Assembly: GCA_000165425.1 (NCBI GenBank)
Contig: CT868341.1
Span: forward strand, 62,001 to 126,000
Source of the DNA: Paramecium tetraurelia
Lineage: Eukaryota
Length of the DNA: 64,000 bases
Reading direction: 5' to 3'
The position numbers were made by a program, and so were the translations under genes. Position 1 is the first letter of the stretch; each line of letters opens with the position of its first letter. Shown here in pieces: positions 40,740 through 52,591 of the stretch. Below the pieces are notes generated by a model. The model searched no databases, was not told where the DNA came from, and was given only the letters and a program-made list of their open reading frames with translations.

Positions 40740-43700
40740 ATGGCTTCATATCGACCATTAAATGACGGTTAGTAGAACTTCACATAGGCTACGAATCCTC
40801 AGATCGTTGCGGGTTTCGAAATTTTGAGATAAAGTGTGCGTTTAGGAATGCAGCAAAGCGAATCTGCTCGTAAGAGCTCCATGAAAGCGTAGGCCTTGGT
40901 TTCTAGACAAAGTCAGATGCTTAACCAGATGAAAGTAAGCTCTGAATTTGTATTCCTAGGAATAAAAAATTATGGTAAAGGATGTCATTGTACCAGTGGA
41001 TACTCCTACCAATACAAAACAAGATGTCCTCAAAAAGGCATAAAACAAAGGAGAAGAGTACAGGAACATGGATGAGCATAAGGTAGATATAATAACTTTA
41101 GCAAACAGGTAATTGGATGATATAATATTTCAGATTGGGAACAAGCAGAGAGGAAGGATTATCTGATGACTAAGCTGTATAAAAGAACCATTAGTATGGT
41201 GATAATAAGTTATCAGAAAAAGCGAAGACTCCATGGTGGATTAAATTGATAAAGGAGATGGTTCAGCCATTTTCAATTTTGTTATGGATAGCCTCCTTCG
41301 CATGTTTTGCTTTGTATGGTGTGAATCCAGATGCCCTAGGAGCAAAGTCTAACTTGTGGTTGGGTACAATAACAAGATCTATGTTTTAGCAATTATTTTG
41401 ATAGCAATTATTTTACTAACAGGTTCAATTACCTATAATCAATCTGCCAAGGCTGATGCTTTGATGGAAGGATTTAAGAATTTCTTGCCTTAAAATTGTA
41501 TAGTAATTAGGGGGGGACAAAGGAAACAGGTTCCTGCAGAGAAGATAGTGCCAGGAGACATAGTAGAAGTGAAGATGGGAGACAAAATACCTGCCTGATA
41601 TTAGAATTATACAATCTAGAGAGATGAAGGTGGATAACTCAGCTTTGACAGGAGAATGTGATCCATTGTTGAGAGTGGTTGAATGCACAAGTGAGAATCC
41701 TTTGGAAACAAAGAACTTAGCATTTTTTGGAACCTTATGCAAAGAAGGATCTGGATTGGGAATGGTTATATAAATTGGTGATAAAACAGTAATGGGTTAG
41801 ATTGCAGATTTGGCAACTGGAGGAGAAACACCAGAAACACCATTAAATATTGAATTGAAGAGATTCGTTATTTTGATTTCTTGTATTGCTGTTGGTTTGG
41901 GTATCTTATTTTTGATTCTCTCATTGGGTTGTCGAAAAGGCATCAGTAGATACTGCTGTTGGTTAAGCTATTGGTATTATTGTTGCAAATGTGCCTGAAG
42001 GATTATTGGGATGTATCACAGTTTCTTTGGCTATCACTGCAAAAAGATTGGCAGACAAATAGGTGTTGGTGAAGAATTTGGAAGCTGTTGAAACTCTTGG
42101 ATCAACAAGTTGCATTTGTTCAGATAAAACAGGAACTTTGACTTAGAACAAGATGAGTGTTGAAAATGTTTGGTATGATGGATTGAAGAGGAGAGCGTTG
42201 AATAAATTGATTGCAGGGAAGAATGCAGAATATGAATATGAGACTAATGATCCTACATTTAGAGATTTACATGATTGTGCTATCATTACTAGTGAAGCCA
42301 AGTTTAATATTCAAGCTAAAGATAAATAAAATATCAATTGGTTGGATACTCCAACTATTGGAGATGCATCTGAAACTGCTTTGATCAAGTTCTTTTAACC
42401 AATCGAAGACATTGAATTGACAAGACAAAGAAGATAATTCGCAGAATTACCAGATAAATCATTGGCTAAGATGCCATTCAACTCAACCAATAAGTTTTCA
42501 CTTTGTATTGTCAATTGGGAAACTCAAGACTCCTATTATTGTGTTTACATTAAGGGAGCACCTGAAAAATTGTGGACATTTTGCAGTTACCTCTTAGTGG
42601 AAGGTAGAAATCAAGCTATTGATGAATAAATTACTTAGAAATTCAAATAAGTCAACTTAACTTTTGGTAAAGGTGGAGAAAGAGTGTTAGGATTCGCAAA
42701 ATTGCACTTGCCAAGAGCTGAATATCATAAGGGATATTAATTCAATTTAAATTCAGTTGACACACTCAAATTTAAATTGGAAAATTTCACTTTCTTAGGT
42801 CTCTTATCTTTGATGGATCCTCCTAAAGTTACTGTACCTCAAGCTATCAAAAAATGTTAATCAGCTGGTATTAAGGTTATTATGGTTACTGGAGATCAAC
42901 CACCCACAGCAGGTGCTATTGCTAAATAAATTGGTATCATCACTGGTAAGACTGTTGATGATCTTTTGGATGAAAATCCATCAATGGCATATGAGGAAGC
43001 TTTTAGACTTGCCCCAGCAATTGTTATTCATGGTGATTTAATTGTTTAAGCACTTGAAGAGGAAGCAGCTCAAGGTGAAAATTTACCTGAAGAAATGAAA
43101 GACAGAAAACTTAGAAGTTGGTGCAGTAAACCTTAGGTTGTATTTGCTCGTACATCTCCAGCATAAAAATTGATGATTGTTAGAGCTTGTTAATATTTGG
43201 GTCATGTAGTCGGAGTTACAGGAGATGGGGTCAATGATTCACCAGCAATCAAATAAGGTGACATTGGTATTTCAATGGGTATCAGTGGATCTGATGTTAC
43301 TAAAGATGCTGCAGATATGATCTTATTGAATGACGACTTTGCTTCAATTGTTGATGGTGTGGAAGAAGGAAGAAAAGATATTCGACAATCTTAAAAAAAC
43401 TATCGTCTATCTTCTTACATCCAATATTACTGAAGTGTTCCCATACGTAGGTGAAATCGCTATTGGATTACCCCTTCCATTGAGTAATGCCTTTATTCTC
43501 ACCATTTGTATTGGTACTGACATTCTACCTGCTATTTCTTTTGCTTATGAGGAGGCTGAAATTGATATCATGACTCGTAAACCAAGAAAGAAGGATGACC
43601 ATTTAGTGTCTCTTAGATTGATCACTCATGCCTATCTGTTACAAGGAGTCATAGCCACATCTGCAGGATTCTTTAGTTATTTCAGTACAATGAATGAATA

Positions 43701-44589
43701 TGGATTCCCTCCAAAGCTCATTCTTAGTTTTATGAATACACCATACTAGCAAATCCCATGGGCTCCAATTACTCTTGCAAATGGGCAACCATATGCTCCA
43801 CCTCCTACAAGTTGGGTTTGGGATATGCCTAATATGAACAAGTAATTTGTCATTCTATTTTATTTAGTCCATTCTTAACATAGCAGCCTTACAGTCCTAA
43901 TTGGTAAATGGCACCAGTATTGGTTCCCCCATCAGAAAATCAGATTTAAGATACAGTTGGTTTCTAAAACATTCCATTGAATTGGATTAATCCAGAACTC
44001 ATCTATTATGATTTGAGATACATCTTCGTTACTTATAATTCCACATCCAATAGATGGTTCCCTGTGTTTGAGGAATGGAACAACCAATTTTCTGATCAAT
44101 TGTGCAGATACTTTGATAGATCAGATTCACTTCTTGAAGGATCTGGATATCCAATCAATACAAATGCTTGCTTCAAAACTGCTGCTCTTAAATATGCCTA
44201 AACCTCTTACTTCGTTGCTGTCGTCTTGGTCTAATGGTCCAATGTGTTCTCATGCAAATGTAAATACTTATCTTATATCTCTTTAGAACGTAAGATGTCT
44301 TTGATCTATTCTCCTATCAATAATGTCATGTTTTATGGAGTCATCCTTGAAACCATCATTTTCCTTTGCATCGTCTACATCCCAGGAGTCAATACTTGGT
44401 TCGGTGCCAGACCAGTCGATATACTCAATTTGGGGTATTCAATTATTTGCTAATAATCATAGTATGCCTGGCCTCCCATATTCCATGTGTCTATTTTGTT
44501 GGGAAGAAATGCGTAAATACTTCATTAGAAACTTCTAAAAGCCCAGTAAATACGAACCAAACTTCTTTGAAGCAAACTCGCTATGGTGA
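40740..44589 (+). CDS. P-type ATPase type IIC (Na+/K+- or H+/K+-ATPase alpha-like), with three apparent +1 frameshifts
   Basis: [47 protein letters not shown] and [12 protein letters not shown]. Single extra bases at ~41595, ~41927 and ~43375. Confidence 0.9.
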
Positions 44590-45426
44590 GTAAATTGTAG
44601 TGATATTAATATTAAATAATAAAATTACATCAAATTTATAAATTAAATAACTCAGTACTTCAAATTGTTTTTATTGTTAATTTCATTATGATAAGGAGAT
44701 GAATCTTAAAACGAGTTATCCTTAAACGACACTGGCTAATTGACAATTTAAACAAAGAGTATAAATTATTATTAAATGATGTTAAGAATAAATGCATCAA
44801 AATTAATTTTGGGAGAGTTGTGAGTTAAGTTAGAATATTCAATTTTAAAAAATGAATATCAAATTAACCAAGAGATTTAAAAGATTTCTTATGGCGAATA
44901 TATATATCATAGGATAATAAAAGGGAAAATGATAGGCTAAATTCATTAATATTTAAGCATTTTGATGTATTTTGGATATTAAATATATAATGAGATTTTG
45001 AAAAGCATAATAGTTGAATCTCATAATTCATAAGATAGTCTACTATATGAATTAGATTTATAATATTTATAATGATTTCTTAGATAGCAATTTTAAAACT
45101 GTGTAAATTTCATTAAATCACACAACTGTATAAATAATATTCAAGTTAATATATTTATTAGATTATCAATTGATTATAATGATTAGTTATATTATTAGGC
45201 TTCTATAAATCGAATAAATAATAACAAATATTTTTATTACGGTTGTTCACTTAATATATGTAGAAAATCAACATTTTATTGAAATGAGTTAAATGATTTA
45301 AATTACCGTCGGCTGGCTTAATGAGATTGCGAAACCCAATTTGAGCAGTAAATTTGAAATGATAAAATTGAGATTAATAATAAATATGTATATAGTGACT
45401 ACTGTAAAATGATAATAATATATTTA

Positions 45427-48400
45427 ATGAACATTTCAAACGAGCATGTTCAAAACTCATTTAGTTTGTAAGATGAGTACTTTCAAGGTCCAAACTCAGG
45501 TATGATTTCAGGGAGAATCGTCCTTGGGGATGGAGACTCCAACAGGAATCTGCCTGCCAGTTGGAATTCTTTCACAGTTCCGGATTAGCAGAAATTGGGA
45601 GATATCAGTCAGCAATCAATTCATGTGATGCCTATTGATATGCATAAATCGATGAAGAATATGCGAAAATCGGAATATCAATCTGCGTATGCAATTGAAG
45701 ACGAGGAGGAGTAAGGAGGAAAACCTTAATTTCTGAAATTGATAATAGCGAAGAGTTTCCAAAACAATTTTATTAACAACCTGTGGAACAGATCCTACTT
45801 GAGAAAGCTGCATCAACTTTCCTTTTACCAAATCCAAGCATTGGATGATTTATAATTAGAAAATGAGGCTTATCTGCATAATGACAAGAGAACGTTAACA
45901 AGATGGGAGGCTTTTAAGCGATTCTTCTCGTACATCGAGGTGTTTACTCCTTACAGTTAATTAATATTTATTTGGGGCCTGTTTTAAATTTTAACATATT
46001 TGCTGATCTTCTTTTGGCTACCATACAAGATCTCATTCAAATTGGATTCAATCGGAGATTTCCTGGGCATCAGCGTATACAAGTAGTCTCTCGAAATAGT
46101 TTTTTTGTCGATATTGAGTTTGGACGTGTTTGTTGGTTTGAATTTAGCATTCATATACAAGGGACTTATAATACGGAATAGAAAACGAATATTGATAAAT
46201 TATTTTCGATAATATGCATTTGTTGATTTGGTACATTATGGTTAATATATAAGGACTTAAGGTTTCGTTGAGTACGGTGACTCTTCAATTCTTTATTCTC
46301 ACAAACAATGATGAGTCCAACCAAATGTTGATCGTTTAAATAGTTCTCTGTGCTATTTTCTATGTTCTTCGTCTGACAAAAATCAATAAGATCTTAGCAT
46401 AAATATAAGAGTAAGTGTGAGTGTAAATAATATTAGATTCTTCAATCTGTATGGTTCTTTGAATGACTTGGTTGGATTGCTAAAGCTGACCATGATGATA
46501 GTGTTCATAGCTCACATTTGCGCATGTGTTTGGCATGGTCTGGCATTCTATAATGATGGTTATTCGTGGTTGGATGCATACGATTTGCGAGATAAGGGGA
46601 ATGCCTCTAAATACAACAAGGCCTTTTATTGGGCAACGATGACAATGACTACAGTGGGTTATGGGGATATAACAGCTAAAAATAACATAGAGTTGCTGAT
46701 GAATAATCTAACTATGTTGATAGCCTCAATAGTGTTTGCGTATTCAGTGAATAGCATAGGAATATTTGTATCTAACATGTACAAAGGAGCTATGGAATAC
46801 AGTAGAAGTGTGACCCTCATTAATACATTTATGTCAAAAAACAAGATTCAATTCGAATTATAAACAAGAATCAGGAGTTACTTGGAGTATATTTGGTAAG
46901 AAGAATAGAATATGAATGATGAGGAAGTCTCATCTCTAATTTGTAAATTGAGTAGCAATTTATAGGAGGAATTGCAGTATCAGTTAAGAGGCAATATACT
47001 CAGCAGTTGTAAGGTGATGATCAAGACCTTCTCTGAAAAGATGATAAAGTCATTATTGGGATAGATGGAGGAATAGAGTTTTTCACCTGAAGAGAGAATT
47101 ATTACATTAAATTAATTGGATGATTCTTCGTTGTACATTATTACTAAAGGAGAGGTGGAGATCATTTTCGAAGGTTTTAATAGTTTGAATGAGAGAGTTC
47201 AGAGGAATAGCTTGAAGTTTCTTTATTAAGGAGATTATTTTGGAGAGTTCTCGTTCTTTACAGGTTAACCTCGAAAGGCTACTGCTATTTCTAGAGCATT
47301 TACTAAAGTGTTTAAAATCAAAAGGGAGAACTTCATTAAGATCTTACTGTCTTATCCTAATGATTACGAGAAGTATTGTTAATTGACACACACACTGTTG
47401 CATCAAGATTACAGTGCACTCCAGGTGAGTTGTTACAGTTGTTAAAGTAACCAACATCTGATTGATAAGTGTCACTACTTGCATTATTGTCCAGATAAGG
47501 AAAGCATACTGAAGAAGGAGTTATATCCTCATGATTAACCAAGGAACAAGAGGATAGGGAGACTGAATAAGGAGAAGGAAGTGAGTCCTTGGTTGATACA
47601 GAAGTATCTGATGACTAAGGCAAAGGAGATTTAATAGGAATAACAGTATTTGGCGAGTAAGGGCACAGACTTCGAAGACTTTGAATAACACTCCAACTTA
47701 ATGAATGATGTGTATGAGGATGAAAGTAAGATATCCATAATATAAAATAAGTCGAAATCGATGTGCCATCTTCGCTGAATCAAAGAAGCAACTCTAGATC
47801 ATTCAGTAAGATTAGTCAGAAACCTAATTAATAGACGATGATAACAGAAAATGAGGATGATGACTCCAAAAACTATTCGAGGAAGGTAGTCAATCCCAGA
47901 GCCACTCTCTAAACGGCTGGATTTGGAGGAGGGATGAGGGATAGTGTCAGAGTTGATTTAATGAAGGATGATGAATACCAAGAAATCTCGGAGGAAGAAT
48001 CTGATGAAGAGAAAGATTAGGTGTTAATGTAATTGCCAGTGCCAGCCAAACAAAATTAGGAAATTGCCAGAACTCAATAACAAAAAATCACTTTTACAAG
48101 AAAGGATTCAAATGAAGAAGTTATACCTCGTTAATCTTCTCTTAGATCTCATACTTACACTCAGAAAGGAAGACAATCTTAAACTATCAAAAGGACTTTG
48201 ACTCCTGAAAAGATATTCCCACCTAATTCTTCAGACCTAGAAGTCAGGCATCACCAAAAACGGCCCACTTAGAAAAGGTAATCTAATGCAACCAGGACGT
48301 TTACTAGGAATCAAGGAAGAGAAATGACCACAGATATCAATCATACTTCCGTCATGGATAATCAAACTTATAATCAACATACCAACAATTCTATTATTAC

Positions 48401-48765
48401 TGACTTCGATAAAATGCAAATGTTCATCTACTATTTCCCTCTCAATAATTATGATATCGTCCTCAAAAGGTAATACTTACTTATTAATAGATTTAATTAG
48501 ATATGCGAGACTTCAAAAGTTCTTTGGAAAAAGAAGACTCTACCCTGAATTCTCTAGATACTCATTTTTCTTTTTAACCATCAAGAAAGGTTGGAAACTC
48601 AGAAAATTAGGAGACAAAGTCACGGGGTTGAGAATTGCAGAATCATTGAAGAAGCCATTCACTAAAACATTTCAAAGTATTAAAACAGTTAAGAAAATTG
48701 CACATAATACCACTGGAAATGGAGGAGGAGGTACATCGCCTTTAAGATTATAATCCTTTAAGTGA
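45427..48765 (+). CDS. Voltage-gated K+ channel with cyclic-nucleotide-binding domain (EAG/KCNH-like)
   Basis: AHICACVW, pore TMTTVGYGDI, C-linker, cNBD (LYIITKGEV, YFGEFSFF, RKATA) and a CxxC...H...C tail motif. Confidence 0.93.
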
Positions 48766-48801
48766 AATTAATTCTATTAATTTAATTAATATCATTATTA
48801 A

Positions 48802-50007
48802 TCAAATTCCTAATATCATTCTCATCAGTTCATATTCTTCAGTCAATTCTCTATGGCTTATTTGATAACCACATAAAATGTTGTAAAGAAGACAACTTAT
48901 AGTTGTGATTAGATCAGGGTACTAAAAAGTAAAATCGCTTATTAAACTGTGCAGATGTTTCTATCCTTTAATCTATATCAAAGCTTAATCAATATTGTAT
49001 CTAGATTCCTCCCTTAAAGCCAATTAAAATGGGATAGTGTGAATATTTGTCTTTTGCATTTCAATTCTCTGCAACACTATAAACAAGTAGTAAACAAATA
49101 TAACTGATAACTGGTTTGGCAGATCACTACTACTCTCAGTCTTATTTTTAAACCAATCCTATAGAATCTACCTTGAGTATTAACTTTAAATGTCGTAATC
49201 CAATGTTTTCGTTATCAATGCAAATCCCCTTGTCATATTATTGTCCTTGTCGATTGGGGCAATGGAATTATAGAGCAGATCAAAATCGCACCATTGAGGA
49301 GGATACTTGAATCTTATATTGCCATTTCGCATACCTTGCAACATCAAAGAGCATCACTTTTTTCTCCTTTAAATGAATTCCTCCTATTGGCGAGAAGTGT
49401 CCCTCTCCTGTTTGCCCCATTATTTTTCTGCTGTTATTTACTACCATAAAGAGTCTGTCCATTCTGGAAGAAGCTTCCAAACAGGTCTAGAATGTCTGAA
49501 CCGATGCTATTTTATGGTGATTTTGAATTCGAGTACACTTCTCTTAACAATCATAAAAACTTGGCTTAAGCAATACAATCTTACTTTTTTTATTCATATT
49601 GTTATTCATACAAATTTGGATGATAGAAGGTTTGAATGGCCACTTTATTGTGTTTAGCAATATGCGAAAATGCATCCAAATCTATACCATTATCTAAATG
49701 TTCCTTTTTTAAACCATGCAAATTCTCTTCGGTGTACCATTTCCAAATTCTATAATTACTTTTTCTCATACCCTTTCCATTGCACTCCTGGATCGATCTT
49801 AAGAGCATTCAACACCATGACCAATGTTGTCGATCCACAAGTAGTCGGATGCAATTAGGTGATAAATTGTTCAGCAAGTGGAAAGTAGCATTCCATAGTG
49901 TTTTAATCCAATGCTTCTTTGAATAGTCTCTTACCCTCCTTCGAGGAAAAGGCTATTAAATTTGAGGGCATTTATCTCATATACACCAATTGTTTGAGAT
50001 TTTACAT
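48802..50007 (-). CDS. PCS: Phytochelatin synthase (glutathione gamma-glutamylcysteinyltransferase)
   Basis: FSSKEGKRLFKEAL, QLHPTTCG...LVMVLNALKIDPG..WKGIWKW, GQTGEGHFSPIGG and FDVARFKYPPQW; the Cys-His-Asp triad is present. Confidence 0.92.
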
Positions 50008-50025
50008 ATATAAATAATATTATTA

Positions 50026-52558
50026 TCAGTTATCTTAATTTAGTTTTTCTAAAAATTAAGATGGCCCTCCATATTTTTCAATTAGCTTTTCAAAATATAC
50101 AGCACGCTCAGCAGACATCGATCTTATCCTAGATTTCTTCGTGTTTGACTTGACTGAATGATACTGAGTTCTGATGTTCCGTTCCTAAGCTAATGATTGC
50201 AAATTGAGAATAGCATCAACTCGTTCATTGTAATTTTTCATAATCTCGTCTATGTTGAATTGAGTAAAGAAGGCAGTCATGATGTACATTCTCTCAAATT
50301 CATCCTGATGTTGACTTTTAATTTCTTTCTGATTCTCCATCACTTCGAAACCCTCCTGAGTAGGTTCTTCTTCGTTGCGTCTATTTTTATTAGAGTTAAA
50401 TACTGTTGTAGTTTGACCAATCTGTCCTCATCCTCTTCTTCCTGGGCAGAATAGACCTACTTGATTTCTTTAGCAACTTCATTCGTCAAACCAAAGCAAC
50501 CTCTAGAATTGTACCTAATCTTTTCATGTCTCTTAAATTCCTTCGTGAATTTCTATTATTGCTGCTACAATTCCTAAATCAATTCTTATTTTCTATCATA
50601 TTTGGTGATAAAATGCAATTTGGGACAAGTGGATGAGAAATGGTTGATCTGCTGACACCCAAAACAAGGCAACCCTAGAGGAGAATAGTCTTCCCCCAAT
50701 TCGATAATGTGTTTATTCATTTAAAATAACTGATTCTGAGTCTAATACTTCTTCAAAATTTCTGTGAATTTCTTCTTCTTCAACTTTTGCACATAGACAA
50801 AATCAAGCGTATAAGCAGATGCACTTCTCGACTTGTTACTAAAGAATCCAAGTTCCCCAAACGTGGCCCCCTTATCCAAAGTCTTTAAGCAAGTAAAGGT
50901 CTTTTAAATACACAGCATAACCTGTCCTTTATTGAGAAAATACAGGCATCTATCTTCAATGTTTTATCCATTCTCCTACTCTATAGGATCATCTCCCTCC
51001 AAAAATATACATTCCTCAGGACCAAAGATCTGTTCCTCTAATTCAAATGGCAATTGCAACAGCAACTCCTTCTCGAACTTGTTCTACTTGAATACTCTAG
51101 AATTATTGATCAAATCTGTATTGACTGCAGCCAACACTTCTACTCTCAGAGAGTATGATAAGACATCCAAGGCCTCCTTTTCATTCACCTGTGTGGATTC
51201 CTTCTCATACTTGTATTCCAAGTACTTCCTTACTCTGGCCTACAGATCTTTAGGTATGTCATTCGATTTCAGAAATTAATTGGCTTGACCCATCTTCTGT
51301 CTTATTAACTTCTCATTGTAATCCATGGATACAAATATCCCACCAATGCTGTTCATGATGTATGCAAATATACAACAAGCCAACAACATGACCACTATAC
51401 CAAAGATCTTTTCCACTGATGTCACTGGAGTGATGTCTCCGTAACCCACTGTAGTCATCGTTGCTGTTGCCCAATACACTGATGCGATATACTTCACATA
51501 CCAATCACTGTCCTGTAAACCTTATGCTCTAAGCCAACTGTAACTGTCAGATGAGTCTTCCTGATCAGCTATGAAATGCCAAATGCATGCCAACCAATGG
51601 GCTACAAAGAGCATTATGAAGGTTAATTTCAAGACCTTATAGAGTGATATCATGGAATTTGAGAAATCAACATAATCTTCGAATTTAGAAAATATCTTTT
51701 TTAATTTTAATACTCTTAGTAATCGGACTACTTTGATAAATCTAAAAAATTTCAAAATTCTCAACAATTTCAAGGTGTTGGCTAATTAAGCTGAGTGTTG
51801 TTGTTGATTTTACGTATCCTATGTTTAGGTTTCGTCAACCTCGTCAGATTGAATGATTTCTTGTGTTGAAGCATTAATGATGATATCAAAAGGGAAAGTT
51901 GAAACTAAGGGTTAATTAAAAATATACTCAAATCTATCCAGAACCATGCCATCAAGTAGTGTTTAGCTATCAGTTTACGATCAATTACGTATTGGCCCTT
52001 CTATTAGTAGGATGTGTTGAAGTTAATGAGGATGTCCAGACTGAATATTGCAATTGAGGAATAGTTGAAGTATTCAAAAAATGGGGAATCAATTGTAAAA
52101 CTGATATCGAGAGGTAAAATTAATATGGCGAAAAAGATTATCAACATAGTGAATAGATCCCAAAAGATTCTGAACTTGTCTTCAGGTTTGAATACTTAGA
52201 TTTTAAATACTCTCTTATTTTCCAATGGTTTTTTCATGACATACAGAGAATGTCGTTTCATACCATGTTCCATTACGGTTTACAATTTCTTATTGACTTC
52301 CTGTTTTATTGTTTCAATTTGATTCTATTCCTCATAATTACCATTGTCATTCGCAAGGTCATTCAAGATATTCAACTATCTTTCATCAAATAACTAATTT
52401 ATGTCTTCCAACTCCTCCTTCCTCTCATTTTGCTGAAACTTTCGATAAATCAAAGCCTTCTTCAAATCACATGCCTTCGCAGTCAACATCCGTTCTTCTT
52501 CCTCCTACTAAGCCGAATGGTATTTATTCTCCTCCAATATAATGGATGATTAATTCAT
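50026..52558 (-). CDS. Second cNBD K+ channel (EAG/KCNH-like)
   Basis: FKPEDKFRIFWD, S4 LLRILKFFRFIKVVRLLRVLKL, AHWLACIW, TMTTVGYGDI and TFGELGFF. Confidence 0.93.
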
Positions 52559-52591
52559 TTAAATAATAATATATTCTCAATCCTCAGCCCT

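Noticed and set aside
47728..47753. Apparent frameshift in the K+ channel tail
   Set aside because: Explained by a 26-nt GT-AG intron.
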